Counted from the first letter of the stretch, positions 28,350-36,816 are shown. The stretch is 64,000 nucleotides of DNA from an uncultured Eubacteriales bacterium (GCA_934467415.1 CAKSLQ010000003.1:77957-141956), one strand, 5' to 3'. A program made the numbers and translations. The notes: generated by a model from the letters alone, not told the origin.

Positions 28350-28383
28350 AAAACCACGGAGAGGTTTCTCCGTGGTTTTTTCT
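28350..28383 (+). terminator. rho-independent terminator after rplA
   Basis: CCACGGAG / CTCCGTGG stem followed by a T7 tract. Confidence 0.85.
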
Positions 28384-28512
28384 TGCCGCAAGCCGACTTG
28401 CTTGATAATCATAAAGCGGCGCCGTCTTGCGGCAAGTCTGTACAAAATCTGCTGTGCCGTGGACGCAGCCATTGACAAAGTGTATATGTGAAGTGTAATG
28501 CTTGCGCTTATA

Positions 28513-28985
28513 GCCTTCTCCAGTGGGAGAAGGTGGCGGCGCAGCCGTCGGATGAGGTGTTTACGACAGCTGCAAGCTGTCGTAATCCAAGCACAGCTTG
28601 TCCAGTATATCTGCGGTTACAGAACCGAAGTTTTTGCGGATACTATCATTGGAATAACGAAGCACAGTAATCCCCCACAGGGCAAGCTTCTCATCTCTTT
28701 GTGCATCAGTTTGTACATGTGCATCGGACAGATGCTGTTTTCCGTCTACTTCAATCGCTATTTTTTTCTCTGCAATATAAAAGTCCAGAATATAGTTTTC
28801 AATATTGTGTTGACGCCTCACATTGCAGGGAAGTTTTTTCAGAAAGTCATACCAAAGATGCTTTTCTTCCGGTGTCATATTTTTACGAAGCGTTCGCGCG
28901 TTTTGGACAAGCTTTTTATTATATGGCAGCATGGCTACTCCTCATCCACCGCTGACGCGGTCCCCCTTCTCCCGCAGGAGAAGGC
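28513..28985 (-). mobile_element. candidate selfish element: DUF559 endonuclease ORF bracketed by double-hairpin inverted arms (HP-I, full-length form)
   Basis: Arms at 28513-28560 and 28938-28985. Each reads GCCTTCTCC-N4-GGAGAAGG, then a second hairpin, then GGATGAGG, in inverted orientation. The interior is visibly AT-rich compared with the flanks. The same arms occur without an ORF elsewhere in the window. Confidence 0.55.
28561..28932 (-). CDS. DUF559 domain endonuclease (Vsr-like PD-(D/E)XK fold)
   Basis: ..NYILDFYIAEKKIAIEVDGKQH..RDEKLALWGITVLRYSN.. is the typical DUF559 core. SD GAGGAG lies 5 nt before the ATG. Confidence 0.8.
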   Translation of the reverse strand: MLPYNKKLVQNARTLRKNMTPEEKHLWYDFLKKLPCNVRRQHNIENYILDFYIAEKKIAIEVDGKQHLSDAHVQTDAQRDEKLALWGITVLRYSNDSIRKNFGSVTADILDKLCLDYDSLQLS

Positions 28986-29018
28986 TTTTTTAGTTGTTCG
29001 GCAAAGCTTGTTCGCCCC

Positions 29019-30023
29019 TTACATCATACTGCCGAGGATGAACGTGGCCGCGGCGGCGACGACGATGTAGATCATCATGCCGACGTTGACAAAGGCGGCA
29101 GCCCCCTCGGTATCGGGCGGAAGCTGCTCGGCCGCGGACTTGAAGAAGACTTTTTTGCGGTATTGAACGAGCAGTATACAGCCGCCGATGAGCAGGCCGA
29201 GGCAGAGGAAAGCGTATACAAAGAAGATGCCGATGCCGACGGGGTTGGCTTCAAGGACGGCGATCTGTTCATCGACCGTTTCTGCCTCGAGGAGGGACAA
29301 GACGTCGCTGACGCGCAGGACTTCGGCCGAGATGAGGCCGCCGAAAAGGTTGAAGACGGCATGCATGAGCGCAGTGACGGCCATTTTGCCGGTGCGCAGG
29401 TAGACATAGCCGAAGACAAGGCCGATGAAAAAGGTATAGAAAAACTGATAGATGTTGGTGTGATAGAAGGCGAACAGCAGCGCGGAGACCAGCACGGCGA
29501 GCTTCTCCCCATAGACGCGCGTGCGGTCGATGAGCAGCTTGCGGAAGAACCATTCCTCGCAGATCGGCGCAAGAATCACGGCGACGAAGAACAGCATGAG
29601 CATGTTGTTCTCCATCAGGGCATATACGCCGTCGGTCATTTGCAGGTTGAATGCCTCGGCGGCAAGCTCACCGGCAAGGTTGCCGAGCAGCGCGCCGACA
29701 TAGCTGCACAGATAGAGAATCGGCAGAAAAGCGAAAAAGTGACGCGCGCTGATCTTCCCCTTTTCGGGCGCGGCGGCCGGAAGACGGCGCAGCGGCAGGG
29801 CCGCCATCGGGAAGGCGATGCCGTAGACGCCGACATAGGCGGCGAGCAGCGTCAGCCAGGCGGGCGCGTCGCCTGCCGGGAAGCACAGCCCGATGCAGGC
29901 GCCGACAAGCGTACCGACGAGCAGCTGGCCGACAAGCAGCAGAAGCGCGGAAAAGCCGAGGACAGAAAAGGTGTGCCGCGCGGCCTTCAGCTTGTCGCTG
30001 GGTTTTTGCATTTCACTTTGCAT
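29019..30023 (-). CDS. CPBP family intramembrane glutamic endopeptidase (CAAX protease/Abi-like)
   Basis: Multi-TM. Motifs EEWFFRKLL, FAFYH and HAVFNL. Confidence 0.8.
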   Translation of the reverse strand: MQSEMQKPSDKLKAARHTFSVLGFSALLLLVGQLLVGTLVGACIGLCFPAGDAPAWLTLLAAYVGVYGIAFPMAALPLRRLPAAAPEKGKISARHFFAFLPILYLCSYVGALLGNLAGELAAEAFNLQMTDGVYALMENNMLMLFFVAVILAPICEEWFFRKLLIDRTRVYGEKLAVLVSALLFAFYHTNIYQFFYTFFIGLVFGYVYLRTGKMAVTALMHAVFNLFGGLISAEVLRVSDVLSLLEAETVDEQIAVLEANPVGIGIFFVYAFLCLGLLIGGCILLVQYRKKVFFKSAAEQLPPDTEGAAAFVNVGMMIYIVVAAAATFILGSMM

Positions 30024-30201
30024 GGTACGCCTCCGAAACAGTTACTGCGTTTATTTTAGCATATCGGGGCGCAGAAGTCAAACCCCGCGGCAGATTTCGG
30101 CTGATTTCTATGGGAAATGTCTATTGATTTTGCGCGCGGTTTCCTGTATAATCTTCCCTGTAGGCGCGGCGCGATGCCGCGGCGATGAAAGGAAACAGGA
30201 T

Positions 30202-31197
30202 ATGAAGGAACGCAAGGGTTTTTTTCAGCGCTATTTCATTGATGCGCTCGGCGCGATGGCGCAGGGGCTTTTCGCCTCGCTGATCATCGGCACCATCTTC
30301 GGCCAGCTCGCGAAGATCCCCTACATGGGCTTTCTCACCAACTTCACCGTGCACATCGGCGACGCCAAGTCGCCGGTCATCGGCTGCGCCATCGGCGTGG
30401 CGATCGCCTATGCGCTCGGCGCGCAGAAGCTGACGCTGTTCACCAGCGCCGTCACCGGCGCGCTCGGCTATGCGCTCGGCGGCCCGGTCGGCGCGTATAT
30501 TGCGGCGGTCGTCGGCGCGGAGGTCGGCTCACTCGTCGCGGGCAAGACCAAGCTCGACATCATTCTCACGCCCGCCACGGTCATTCTCTCGGGCGGCGCA
30601 GTCGGCATTCTCGTCGGGCCGTACATCAACCGCTTCATGGTCTTCCTCGGCGAATATATCAACACGGCGACCGAGTATGCGCCGATTCCGATGGGCATTG
30701 TCATCGCGGTCATCGTGGGTCTCGCGCTCACCGCGCCGATCTCCTCGGCGGCCATCTGCATCTCCATCGGCATTGACGGTATCGCCGCGGGCGCGGCGGT
30801 GGTCGGCTGCTGCTGCCAGATGATCGGCTTTGCCGTCGCGGGCTACCGCGACACCAAGCTCGGCGGCGCGATCTCGGTCGGCGTCGGCACCTCGATGCTG
30901 CAGATTCCGAACATCATGAAGCACCCGCAGATCCTGATCGCGCCCACGCTGGCGTCCGCCATTCTCGGGCCGATCTCCACAAAAGTGCTTGCCATGACCA
31001 ACACCAAGGTCGGCGCCGGCATGGGCACCTCCGGCTTTGTCGGGCAGTTCGGCGCATTCGAGGCGATGGGCTTCACGGCGAAGTCGGTCATCGAGGTGCT
31101 GCTCATGCACTTCGTTCTCCCGGCGCTGCTCACGCTGCTGTTCGACCTCATCCTGCGTAAGATGAAGTGGGTCAAGCCCGGCTACATGACGCTGTGA
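30202..31197 (+). CDS. PTS EIIC-like integral membrane protein (PTS_EIIC_2-type), orphan
   Basis: MKERKGFFQRYFIDALGAMAQGLFASLIIGTIFGQL.. Polytopic and Gly/Ala-rich. No EIIA/EIIB nearby. Confidence 0.55.
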   Translation: MKERKGFFQRYFIDALGAMAQGLFASLIIGTIFGQLAKIPYMGFLTNFTVHIGDAKSPVIGCAIGVAIAYALGAQKLTLFTSAVTGALGYALGGPVGAYIAAVVGAEVGSLVAGKTKLDIILTPATVILSGGAVGILVGPYINRFMVFLGEYINTATEYAPIPMGIVIAVIVGLALTAPISSAAICISIGIDGIAAGAAVVGCCCQMIGFAVAGYRDTKLGGAISVGVGTSMLQIPNIMKHPQILIAPTLASAILGPISTKVLAMTNTKVGAGMGTSGFVGQFGAFEAMGFTAKSVIEVLLMHFVLPALLTLLFDLILRKMKWVKPGYMTL

Positions 31198-31208
31198 CGG
31201 AGGCTTCG

Positions 31209-32483
31209 ATGGAGAATACGGCTCTGTTTGATTTTATCGCGCACTGTCCGACGGCGTTTCACACGGCGGCGACCGTGTGCGAGGCGCTGACGGCGGCGGG
31301 ATACACGCGGCTTGCCGAGTCCGACGCATGGACGCTCGAGGCGGGCAGGGGCTATTTTGTCAGCCGCGGCGCGTCCTCGGTGATCGCGTTCCGCGCGCCG
31401 GAAGCGTTCGGCGGCTTCGTGATCGCGGCGGCGCACGGCGACAGCCCCGCGCCGAAAATCAAGGAAAACGCCGATCTGAAGTCGGAGGACTACACCGAGC
31501 TTTCGGTCGAACCCTACGGCGGGATGATCTTCTCGACCTGGTTTGACCGCCCGCTGTCGGTGGCAGGGCGCGTGATCGTCCGCACCGAGGGCGGCATTGC
31601 CGCGCGGCTCTGCGATCTGGGCGCGCCGACGGCGGTGATCCCGAATGTGGCCATCCACATGAACCGCACGATGAACGACGGCACAAAGCTGAACGCGGCG
31701 GTCGATCTGCTTCCGCTGTACGGCGGCGCAGACGCCGAACCGCTCCGCGCGCGGGTTGCGGCGTCGCTCGGCGTCGCCGCGGACGACATCCTTTCGGCCG
31801 ATCTGTTTGTCTACAATCCGCAGGCGGGCGTGGAATGGAACGGCTATATTTCCGCACCGCGCCTCGACGATCTGCAATGCGTCTATGCGGCGCTGCACGG
31901 CTTTCTCGATGCCGGGTTCGGCGCGGCGGCCAAGGTGCTGGCGGTGTTCGACAACGAGGAGGTCGGCAGCCGGACGCAGCAGGGCGCGGCGTCCACCTTC
32001 CTCTGCGATGTGCTGCGCCGCGTCTCGGCGGCGTTCGGCCGGGATTACGATGCGGCGGTGGCGGGCAGCCTGATGCTTTCCTGCGACAATGCACATGCAA
32101 TCCATCCGAATCATCCCGAGTATGCGGACAAGAACCACCATGTGCGCATGAACGGCGGCGTGGTGGTCAAATACAATGCAAACCGGAGCTACGCGACCGA
32201 TGCATGGTCGGCGGCGCTCTTCCGCGTGATCTGTGAGCGGGCGGGCGTCCCGGTGCAGCTGTATGCCAACCGCGCCGACATGCCCGGCGGCTCCACGCTC
32301 GGCAACATCGCCAACACGCAGGTTTCGCTGCCCACCGTGGACATCGGCGCGGCACAGCTGGCGATGCATTCCGCCTATGAGACGGCGGGCGCGGCCGACA
32401 CGGCGTACCTCTACCGCGCGATCAAGCAGGCGTTTGAGACCACGCTCACCGCGGTTTCGGACGGTGCGGCGGAGATTGTGTAA
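31209..32483 (+). CDS. M18 family aminopeptidase
   Basis: MENTALFDFIAHCPTAFH.., AAHGDSP, FDNEEVGS, LSCDNAHAIHPN. Confidence 0.8.
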   Translation: MENTALFDFIAHCPTAFHTAATVCEALTAAGYTRLAESDAWTLEAGRGYFVSRGASSVIAFRAPEAFGGFVIAAAHGDSPAPKIKENADLKSEDYTELSVEPYGGMIFSTWFDRPLSVAGRVIVRTEGGIAARLCDLGAPTAVIPNVAIHMNRTMNDGTKLNAAVDLLPLYGGADAEPLRARVAASLGVAADDILSADLFVYNPQAGVEWNGYISAPRLDDLQCVYAALHGFLDAGFGAAAKVLAVFDNEEVGSRTQQGAASTFLCDVLRRVSAAFGRDYDAAVAGSLMLSCDNAHAIHPNHPEYADKNHHVRMNGGVVVKYNANRSYATDAWSAALFRVICERAGVPVQLYANRADMPGGSTLGNIANTQVSLPTVDIGAAQLAMHSAYETAGAADTAYLYRAIKQAFETTLTAVSDGAAEIV

Positions 32484-32555
32484 ATGAAATAAAAGGGGGA
32501 AACTTTCGTGTACGAAAGTTCCCCCCGCGCCCCCTTCAAAGGACTTTGAAAAAAG

Positions 32556-32600
32556 GAAAAGCAGCTTATCCGGGCAAGGATAGACTGCTTTTCTTCTTTT
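32556..32600 (+). terminator. probable terminator of the aminopeptidase gene
   Basis: GAAAAGCAG..CTGCTTTTC outer stem with an inner TTATCC/GGATA stem, then TTCTTCTTTT. Confidence 0.55.
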
Positions 32601-32621
32601 ATGAAGTTTTTTGGAGGGTTT

Positions 32622-32653
32622 CAGGGGACCTTTTGTTCACAAAAGGTCCCCTG
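32622..32653. other. perfect 13-bp hairpin downstream of folC
   Basis: CAGGGGACCTTTT-GTTCAC-AAAAGGTCCCCTG. No U-tract on the folC strand. Confidence 0.5.
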
Positions 32654-32667
32654 GCGCATCCTCAAAC

Positions 32668-33930
32668 TTACTGAAACAACCGATACACGTCCTTGTAGGT
32701 GTAGAGCGAGCCGAGGATGATGAGCGGCTCGCCTTTTTCTTCGGCGGCGCGCACGCCTGCACGGACTGCGGCGGCGATGGTGTCCCGCGCCTCTGCGGGG
32801 ATGCCGTGCGCGCGGAAGACTTCGGCATATTCTGCCGCGGGGAGTGCGCGCGGATTGTCGGGCGTGAGCGTGACGGCGCAGTCGGCAATCTCGGCGAGGA
32901 TGGAGACCATCTTTTCGTAGGCCTTGTCGCGCATCACGCCGGAGACCAGCACCACCTTGCCGCCGAAGATCGCCTTCACGGTGTCGGCGGCGGCGCGCAC
33001 GCCCTCCTCGTTGTGTCCGCCGTCGTAGATGACGACCGGGTCGCGCGAGAGCAGCTCAAAGCGCGCCTGCCAGCGCGTTTCGGCAATGCCGCGGCGCACG
33101 GCCGCCTCGGGGATGGCGATGCCGATGCCGCGCAGGACGTCCACCGTCTCGCAGACCAGCGCGATGTTGCGCGGCTGGTACAGGCCGATGAGCGAGGTTG
33201 TGAGGCGGGTCCGCCCCTTGTAGTCGAGGACGATGCCGTCGAGGCTCTGCGACACCACCCGGATGGCGGCCGGATCAACGACCGTGCGCGGCGCGCGGCG
33301 CATGGCGGCCTCGTCGGCGATCACGCGCTCCGCTTCGGGCGCGAGCGCCGCGGTCACGACCGGGCAGCCTTCTTTGATGATGCCCGCCTTTTCCCACGCG
33401 ATCTTCGCGAGCGTGTCGCCCAGCAGCTGCATGTGATCCATCGCGATGCCGGTGATGACCGAGCAGAGCGGCTTGGTGACGACATTGGTCGAGTCAAACC
33501 GTCCGCCGAGCCCGACCTCCAGCACGACGATGTCGCATTTCTTGCGGCGGAAGATCTCAAAGCCGATGGCGGTGATCAGTTCAAACTCGGTCGGCTTGTC
33601 CTCCAGCCCCTCGGCGTAGGCGCGCACGGTTTCGGTGGCGCTCGCCAGCATGTAGTTGCTCACGGGCTTTCCGTCCACGGCGATGCGCTCGTTGAACGTG
33701 CGGACATAGGGAGAGGTGAAGCTGCCCACGCGATAGCCCGCCGCGCGCAGGATCGACGAGAGATACGCCACGGTCGAGCCCTTGCCGTTTGTCCCCGCGA
33801 CGTGGACGACGCGCAGCTCCCGCTCGGGGTTGCCCATCGCGTCGCAGAGCGCCTGAATGCGCGACAGCCCCGGCACGCTGCCGCGCCAGGAAACCGAATG
33901 AATATATTGCAGAGCCTCGGTGTAAGTCAT
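32668..33930 (-). CDS. folC: bifunctional folylpolyglutamate synthase / dihydrofolate synthase
   Basis: MTYTEALQYIHS..VHVAGTNGKGST.. The ORF-track N-terminal extension is rejected. ATGA overlap with folT. Confidence 0.9.
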   Translation of the reverse strand: MTYTEALQYIHSVSWRGSVPGLSRIQALCDAMGNPERELRVVHVAGTNGKGSTVAYLSSILRAAGYRVGSFTSPYVRTFNERIAVDGKPVSNYMLASATETVRAYAEGLEDKPTEFELITAIGFEIFRRKKCDIVVLEVGLGGRFDSTNVVTKPLCSVITGIAMDHMQLLGDTLAKIAWEKAGIIKEGCPVVTAALAPEAERVIADEAAMRRAPRTVVDPAAIRVVSQSLDGIVLDYKGRTRLTTSLIGLYQPRNIALVCETVDVLRGIGIAIPEAAVRRGIAETRWQARFELLSRDPVVIYDGGHNEEGVRAAADTVKAIFGGKVVLVSGVMRDKAYEKMVSILAEIADCAVTLTPDNPRALPAAEYAEVFRAHGIPAEARDTIAAAVRAGVRAAEEKGEPLIILGSLYTYKDVYRLFQ

Positions 33931-34448
33931 ACTTTCTCCAAAAGCGCACGCAGCGCTTTGTTTTTCAAGAGCAGGGTCAGGAGGATGAACTCCGCCGTGC
34001 CGGTGAGGATGTAGGTCGGGACGCGCAGCGCAAGTCCGGGCAGCGGCGTTGCGAAATAGAGCCAGATGCCGAACGACTTGACGATGAGCGAGCCGACGAC
34101 GTGCGCCGCGACGACCGACAGCCAGAGCCGCGGCTTTGCGGTGACGCCGCGCCTGCCGAACAGGCCGGCCATCACGCCGACAAGACCTGCGCCGAGCGTG
34201 ATAATCGGGTTGACGGCATAGCCGCGCAAAAGGCAGCCGACAAGGTCGGCGCACACGCCGACGACGGCGCCTGCGACCGGGCCGAAGAGGTAACCGGCAA
34301 GCAGAATCGGCAGATTCTCGAAGCTGATGCGCAGAAAGTCGTTGCCGACCGGGACCTGCGCCAGCTTGAGGACGGCGCTGAGCGCGGCGAGCAGGGCAAG
34401 CCGCACGAGCAGAAGCGGGGGAATGCGATGGGTTTTGGTGTCTGACAT
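33927..34448 (-). CDS. folT: folate-family ECF transporter S component
   Basis: 173-aa polytopic protein (MSDTKTHRIPPLLLVRLALLAAL..). Preceded by a THF riboswitch and followed by folC. Confidence 0.75.
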   Translation of the reverse strand: MSDTKTHRIPPLLLVRLALLAALSAVLKLAQVPVGNDFLRISFENLPILLAGYLFGPVAGAVVGVCADLVGCLLRGYAVNPIITLGAGLVGVMAGLFGRRGVTAKPRLWLSVVAAHVVGSLIVKSFGIWLYFATPLPGLALRVPTYILTGTAEFILLTLLLKNKALRALLEKV

Positions 34449-34550
34449 GGAAATACCTCCGTTATGAGCGTATCCCACGCATAACGGAGGTATTGCGGTC
34501 TTTGGGTGCGGTGCGGCAAAGCCGCCCCACATCCGGGTATCCGAAAAAGT

Positions 34551-34652
34551 CCGTACAGCGGGATGCGGAATACGCACCGCAGGGCAAAGCCCTTTCGTCC
34601 GCTCCGCAACTCCCCGTCGGGGCGGCACTGTACGCGCGCATTCCTACTCTGT
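34551..34652 (-). promoter_or_regulatory. THF (tetrahydrofolate) riboswitch aptamer
   Basis: The minus strand reads ACAGAGUAGGAAUGCGCGCGU..GGGGAGUUGCGGAGCGGACGAAAG..CUGCGGUGCGUAUUCCGCAUCCCGCUGU. This matches the conserved AGAGUAG / GCGU / CGCGGUG / GCAUCCGCU elements of the THF-I class. Located 5' of folT. Confidence 0.8.
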
Positions 34653-34716
34653 AATTTAATCAGTTGAAAAATTCTGTTCTTCAACTGCCGACTCTATTAT
34701 AGTCGCTTTCTGCGGC

Positions 34717-36657
34717 TTATGCAAGAGTTTTCTTGAGATTTTCCAGCTCGTCGAGATAGGATTTTGCCGATGCGTCGGACGGCATACGGAAGTCGCTGCG
34801 CGGCGAGAGCGTCACCGAGCCGACCTTCGGGCCGTCGGGCAGGCAGGTGCGCTTGAACTGCTGTGCAAAGAAGCGGCGCACGAACATGCGGAGCCAGGAG
34901 AGAATTGTTTCGGCGTCATATTCGCCCGCAAAGGCACAGCACGCGAGGCGGAAAATCTTCGCCGGGCGGCAGCCCATGCGCACCATGTGGTAGAGGAAGA
35001 AGTCGTGCAGCTCGTAAGGGCCGACGATCTGCTCGGTCACCTGCGAGATCACGCCGTCCTTCGGCGGCAGCAGCTCGGGGCTGACCGGCGTTGCGAGGAT
35101 GTCGAAAAGGGCGTCGGCAAGCGCGGTTTTGCCCGCGTCGCGGCAGGTCTCGGCGCGGCGGCGCACGATGTGGCGCACCAGCGTCTTCGGCACCGAGGCG
35201 TTGACGCCGTACATCGACATGTGGTCGCCGTTGTAGGTGGCAAAGCCGAGCGCCAGCTCGGAGAGATCGCCCGTGCCGACCACGATGCCGCCCTCCTTGT
35301 TGGCGAGATCCATCAGGATCTGCGTGCGCTCACGCGCCTGGCAGTTTTCATAGGTCACGTCGTGCGTTTCGGGGTCCTGTCCGATGTCGCGGAAGTGGAT
35401 GTCCACCGCGTCCTTGATGTCGATGTCCGAGAAGGTCGTGCCGAGCGCGGCGGCCAGCGTCTCCGCGTTGGATTTGGTGCGCTTCGTCGTGCCGAAGCAG
35501 GGCATCGTCACGGCGTGGATGTCGGACATGGGGCGGCCCGCAATTTCGCAGGCGCGCACCGCGACCAGCAGGGCGAGGCAGGAGTCGAGGCCGCCGGAAA
35601 GCCCGATTACGAGCGTCTTTGCGCAGGCGGCCTCCATGCGGCGGGCAAGCCCGCGCGCCTGAATTTCGAGGATGCGGTCGCAGCGGTCGTTCTTCTCGCC
35701 GTCGTCCGACGGGACGAAGGGATGCTTGTCCACAAAGCGGGTCAGCACCGTCTCGGCAAGCCCGCCCGCGGAGAACGGGATGCGGACATAGCCGTCGTCG
35801 GCAAAGGCGGCGAAGGTGTTCATCTTCACGCGCTCCATCACGAGCTTTTCGCAGTCGATCTCGCTTGCCGCAAAGCTGTCGGCCGCAAAGGGCGCGGCTT
35901 CGGCCAGCAGACTGCCGTTTTCGGCGATGAGGTTGTGCGCCGAGAAGACCAGGTCGGTCGAGGATTCGCCCTCGCCCGCGTCGGCGTAAATATAGGCGCA
36001 GAGCGCGCGGGCGCTGCTCGTCGAGACCAGCATCCGGCGGTAGGCGTCCTTGCCGACCAGCTCGTCCGAGGCGGAGAGGTTGGCGATGACGGTCGCGCCC
36101 GCGGCGGCATGGCGCAGCGACGGCGGCGCGGCCACCCACAGATCCTCGCAGATCTCGACGGCGAGCGTGAAGGCGGGGACTTCGTCCATTGTAAAGAGCT
36201 GCTTTGTGCCGAGCAGTACGTCAAAGCCGCAGAACGTCACCGGGACGTTCTCGGCGATGGCGGGCGCGAAATGGCGGCTCTCGTAAAATTCGCGGTAGTC
36301 GGGGATGTTGCTTTTCGGCACGAGGCCGAGCAGCCTGCCGTCCGTGACCACGGCGGCGCAGTTGTAGAGGCGGTTGCCGTAGACAACGGGCAGGCCGACG
36401 AGCGTCAGCATATGCAGGCCGCGCGAGGCTTCGATCACGCGGGCAAGCGCCGCTTCGGCGTCGGAGAGCAGCTTGGTCTGGAAGAACAGGTCGGCGCAGG
36501 TGTAGCCGGTGAGAAACAGCTCGGGCAGGACGAGCAGCTTTGCGCCCGCCGCGTCGGCGCGGTGCATCGCGGCGATCACGGTCTCGGCATTCTGCATCGG
36601 CGTGCCGAGCGCCACGCGCGGACTGTACGCCGCGACCTTGACAAATCCGTCTTTCAT
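34717..36657 (-). CDS. nadE: glutamine-dependent NAD+ synthetase
   Basis: N-terminal CN-hydrolase domain (MKDGFVKVAAYSP..LVLPELFLTGY) plus a NAD synthase domain (GLSGGLDS). Start moved to 36657 because the upstream part of the ORF lies in repeats. Confidence 0.9.
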   Translation of the reverse strand: MKDGFVKVAAYSPRVALGTPMQNAETVIAAMHRADAAGAKLLVLPELFLTGYTCADLFFQTKLLSDAEAALARVIEASRGLHMLTLVGLPVVYGNRLYNCAAVVTDGRLLGLVPKSNIPDYREFYESRHFAPAIAENVPVTFCGFDVLLGTKQLFTMDEVPAFTLAVEICEDLWVAAPPSLRHAAAGATVIANLSASDELVGKDAYRRMLVSTSSARALCAYIYADAGEGESSTDLVFSAHNLIAENGSLLAEAAPFAADSFAASEIDCEKLVMERVKMNTFAAFADDGYVRIPFSAGGLAETVLTRFVDKHPFVPSDDGEKNDRCDRILEIQARGLARRMEAACAKTLVIGLSGGLDSCLALLVAVRACEIAGRPMSDIHAVTMPCFGTTKRTKSNAETLAAALGTTFSDIDIKDAVDIHFRDIGQDPETHDVTYENCQARERTQILMDLANKEGGIVVGTGDLSELALGFATYNGDHMSMYGVNASVPKTLVRHIVRRRAETCRDAGKTALADALFDILATPVSPELLPPKDGVISQVTEQIVGPYELHDFFLYHMVRMGCRPAKIFRLACCAFAGEYDAETILSWLRMFVRRFFAQQFKRTCLPDGPKVGSVTLSPRSDFRMPSDASAKSYLDELENLKKTLA

Positions 36658-36683
36658 AGTGGTTTCCTCTGTATCAAAATTCA

Positions 36684-36812
36684 GGCTCCCCTGTGCAAGG
36701 GGGTGAGTTGTACGAGACACAAAAGCGTCTCGCGGAGTTTTTCTTCGTCGGCTAAACACCGACGATTTCGCGAGCGAAACCGAAAAACATCCTGACGCAG
36801 TTGACTGAGGGG
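36684..36812 (-). repeat. intergenic module mosaic (GGCTCCCCTGTGCAAGGGG module, ~60-nt shared module, half HP-II)
   Basis: The reverse complement of ~36735-36798 matches 55499-55557 almost base for base. GGCTCCCCTGTGCAAGGGG recurs at 50608 and, inverted, at 11091. Confidence 0.75.
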
Positions 36813-36816
36813 TTGT

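Noticed and set aside
28513-28560. GGATGAGG in the arms as a hammerhead-ribozyme-like CUGAUGAG core.
   Set aside because: The motif is GGAUGAGG, not CUGANGA. There is no appropriately placed GAAA or cleavage-site triplet, and no three-way junction consistent with a hammerhead.
28498-29070. 190-aa plus-strand ORF overlapping the DUF559 gene.
   Set aside because: It is antisense to an ORF with the clear DUF559 core motif. It spans both repeat arms and has no SD.
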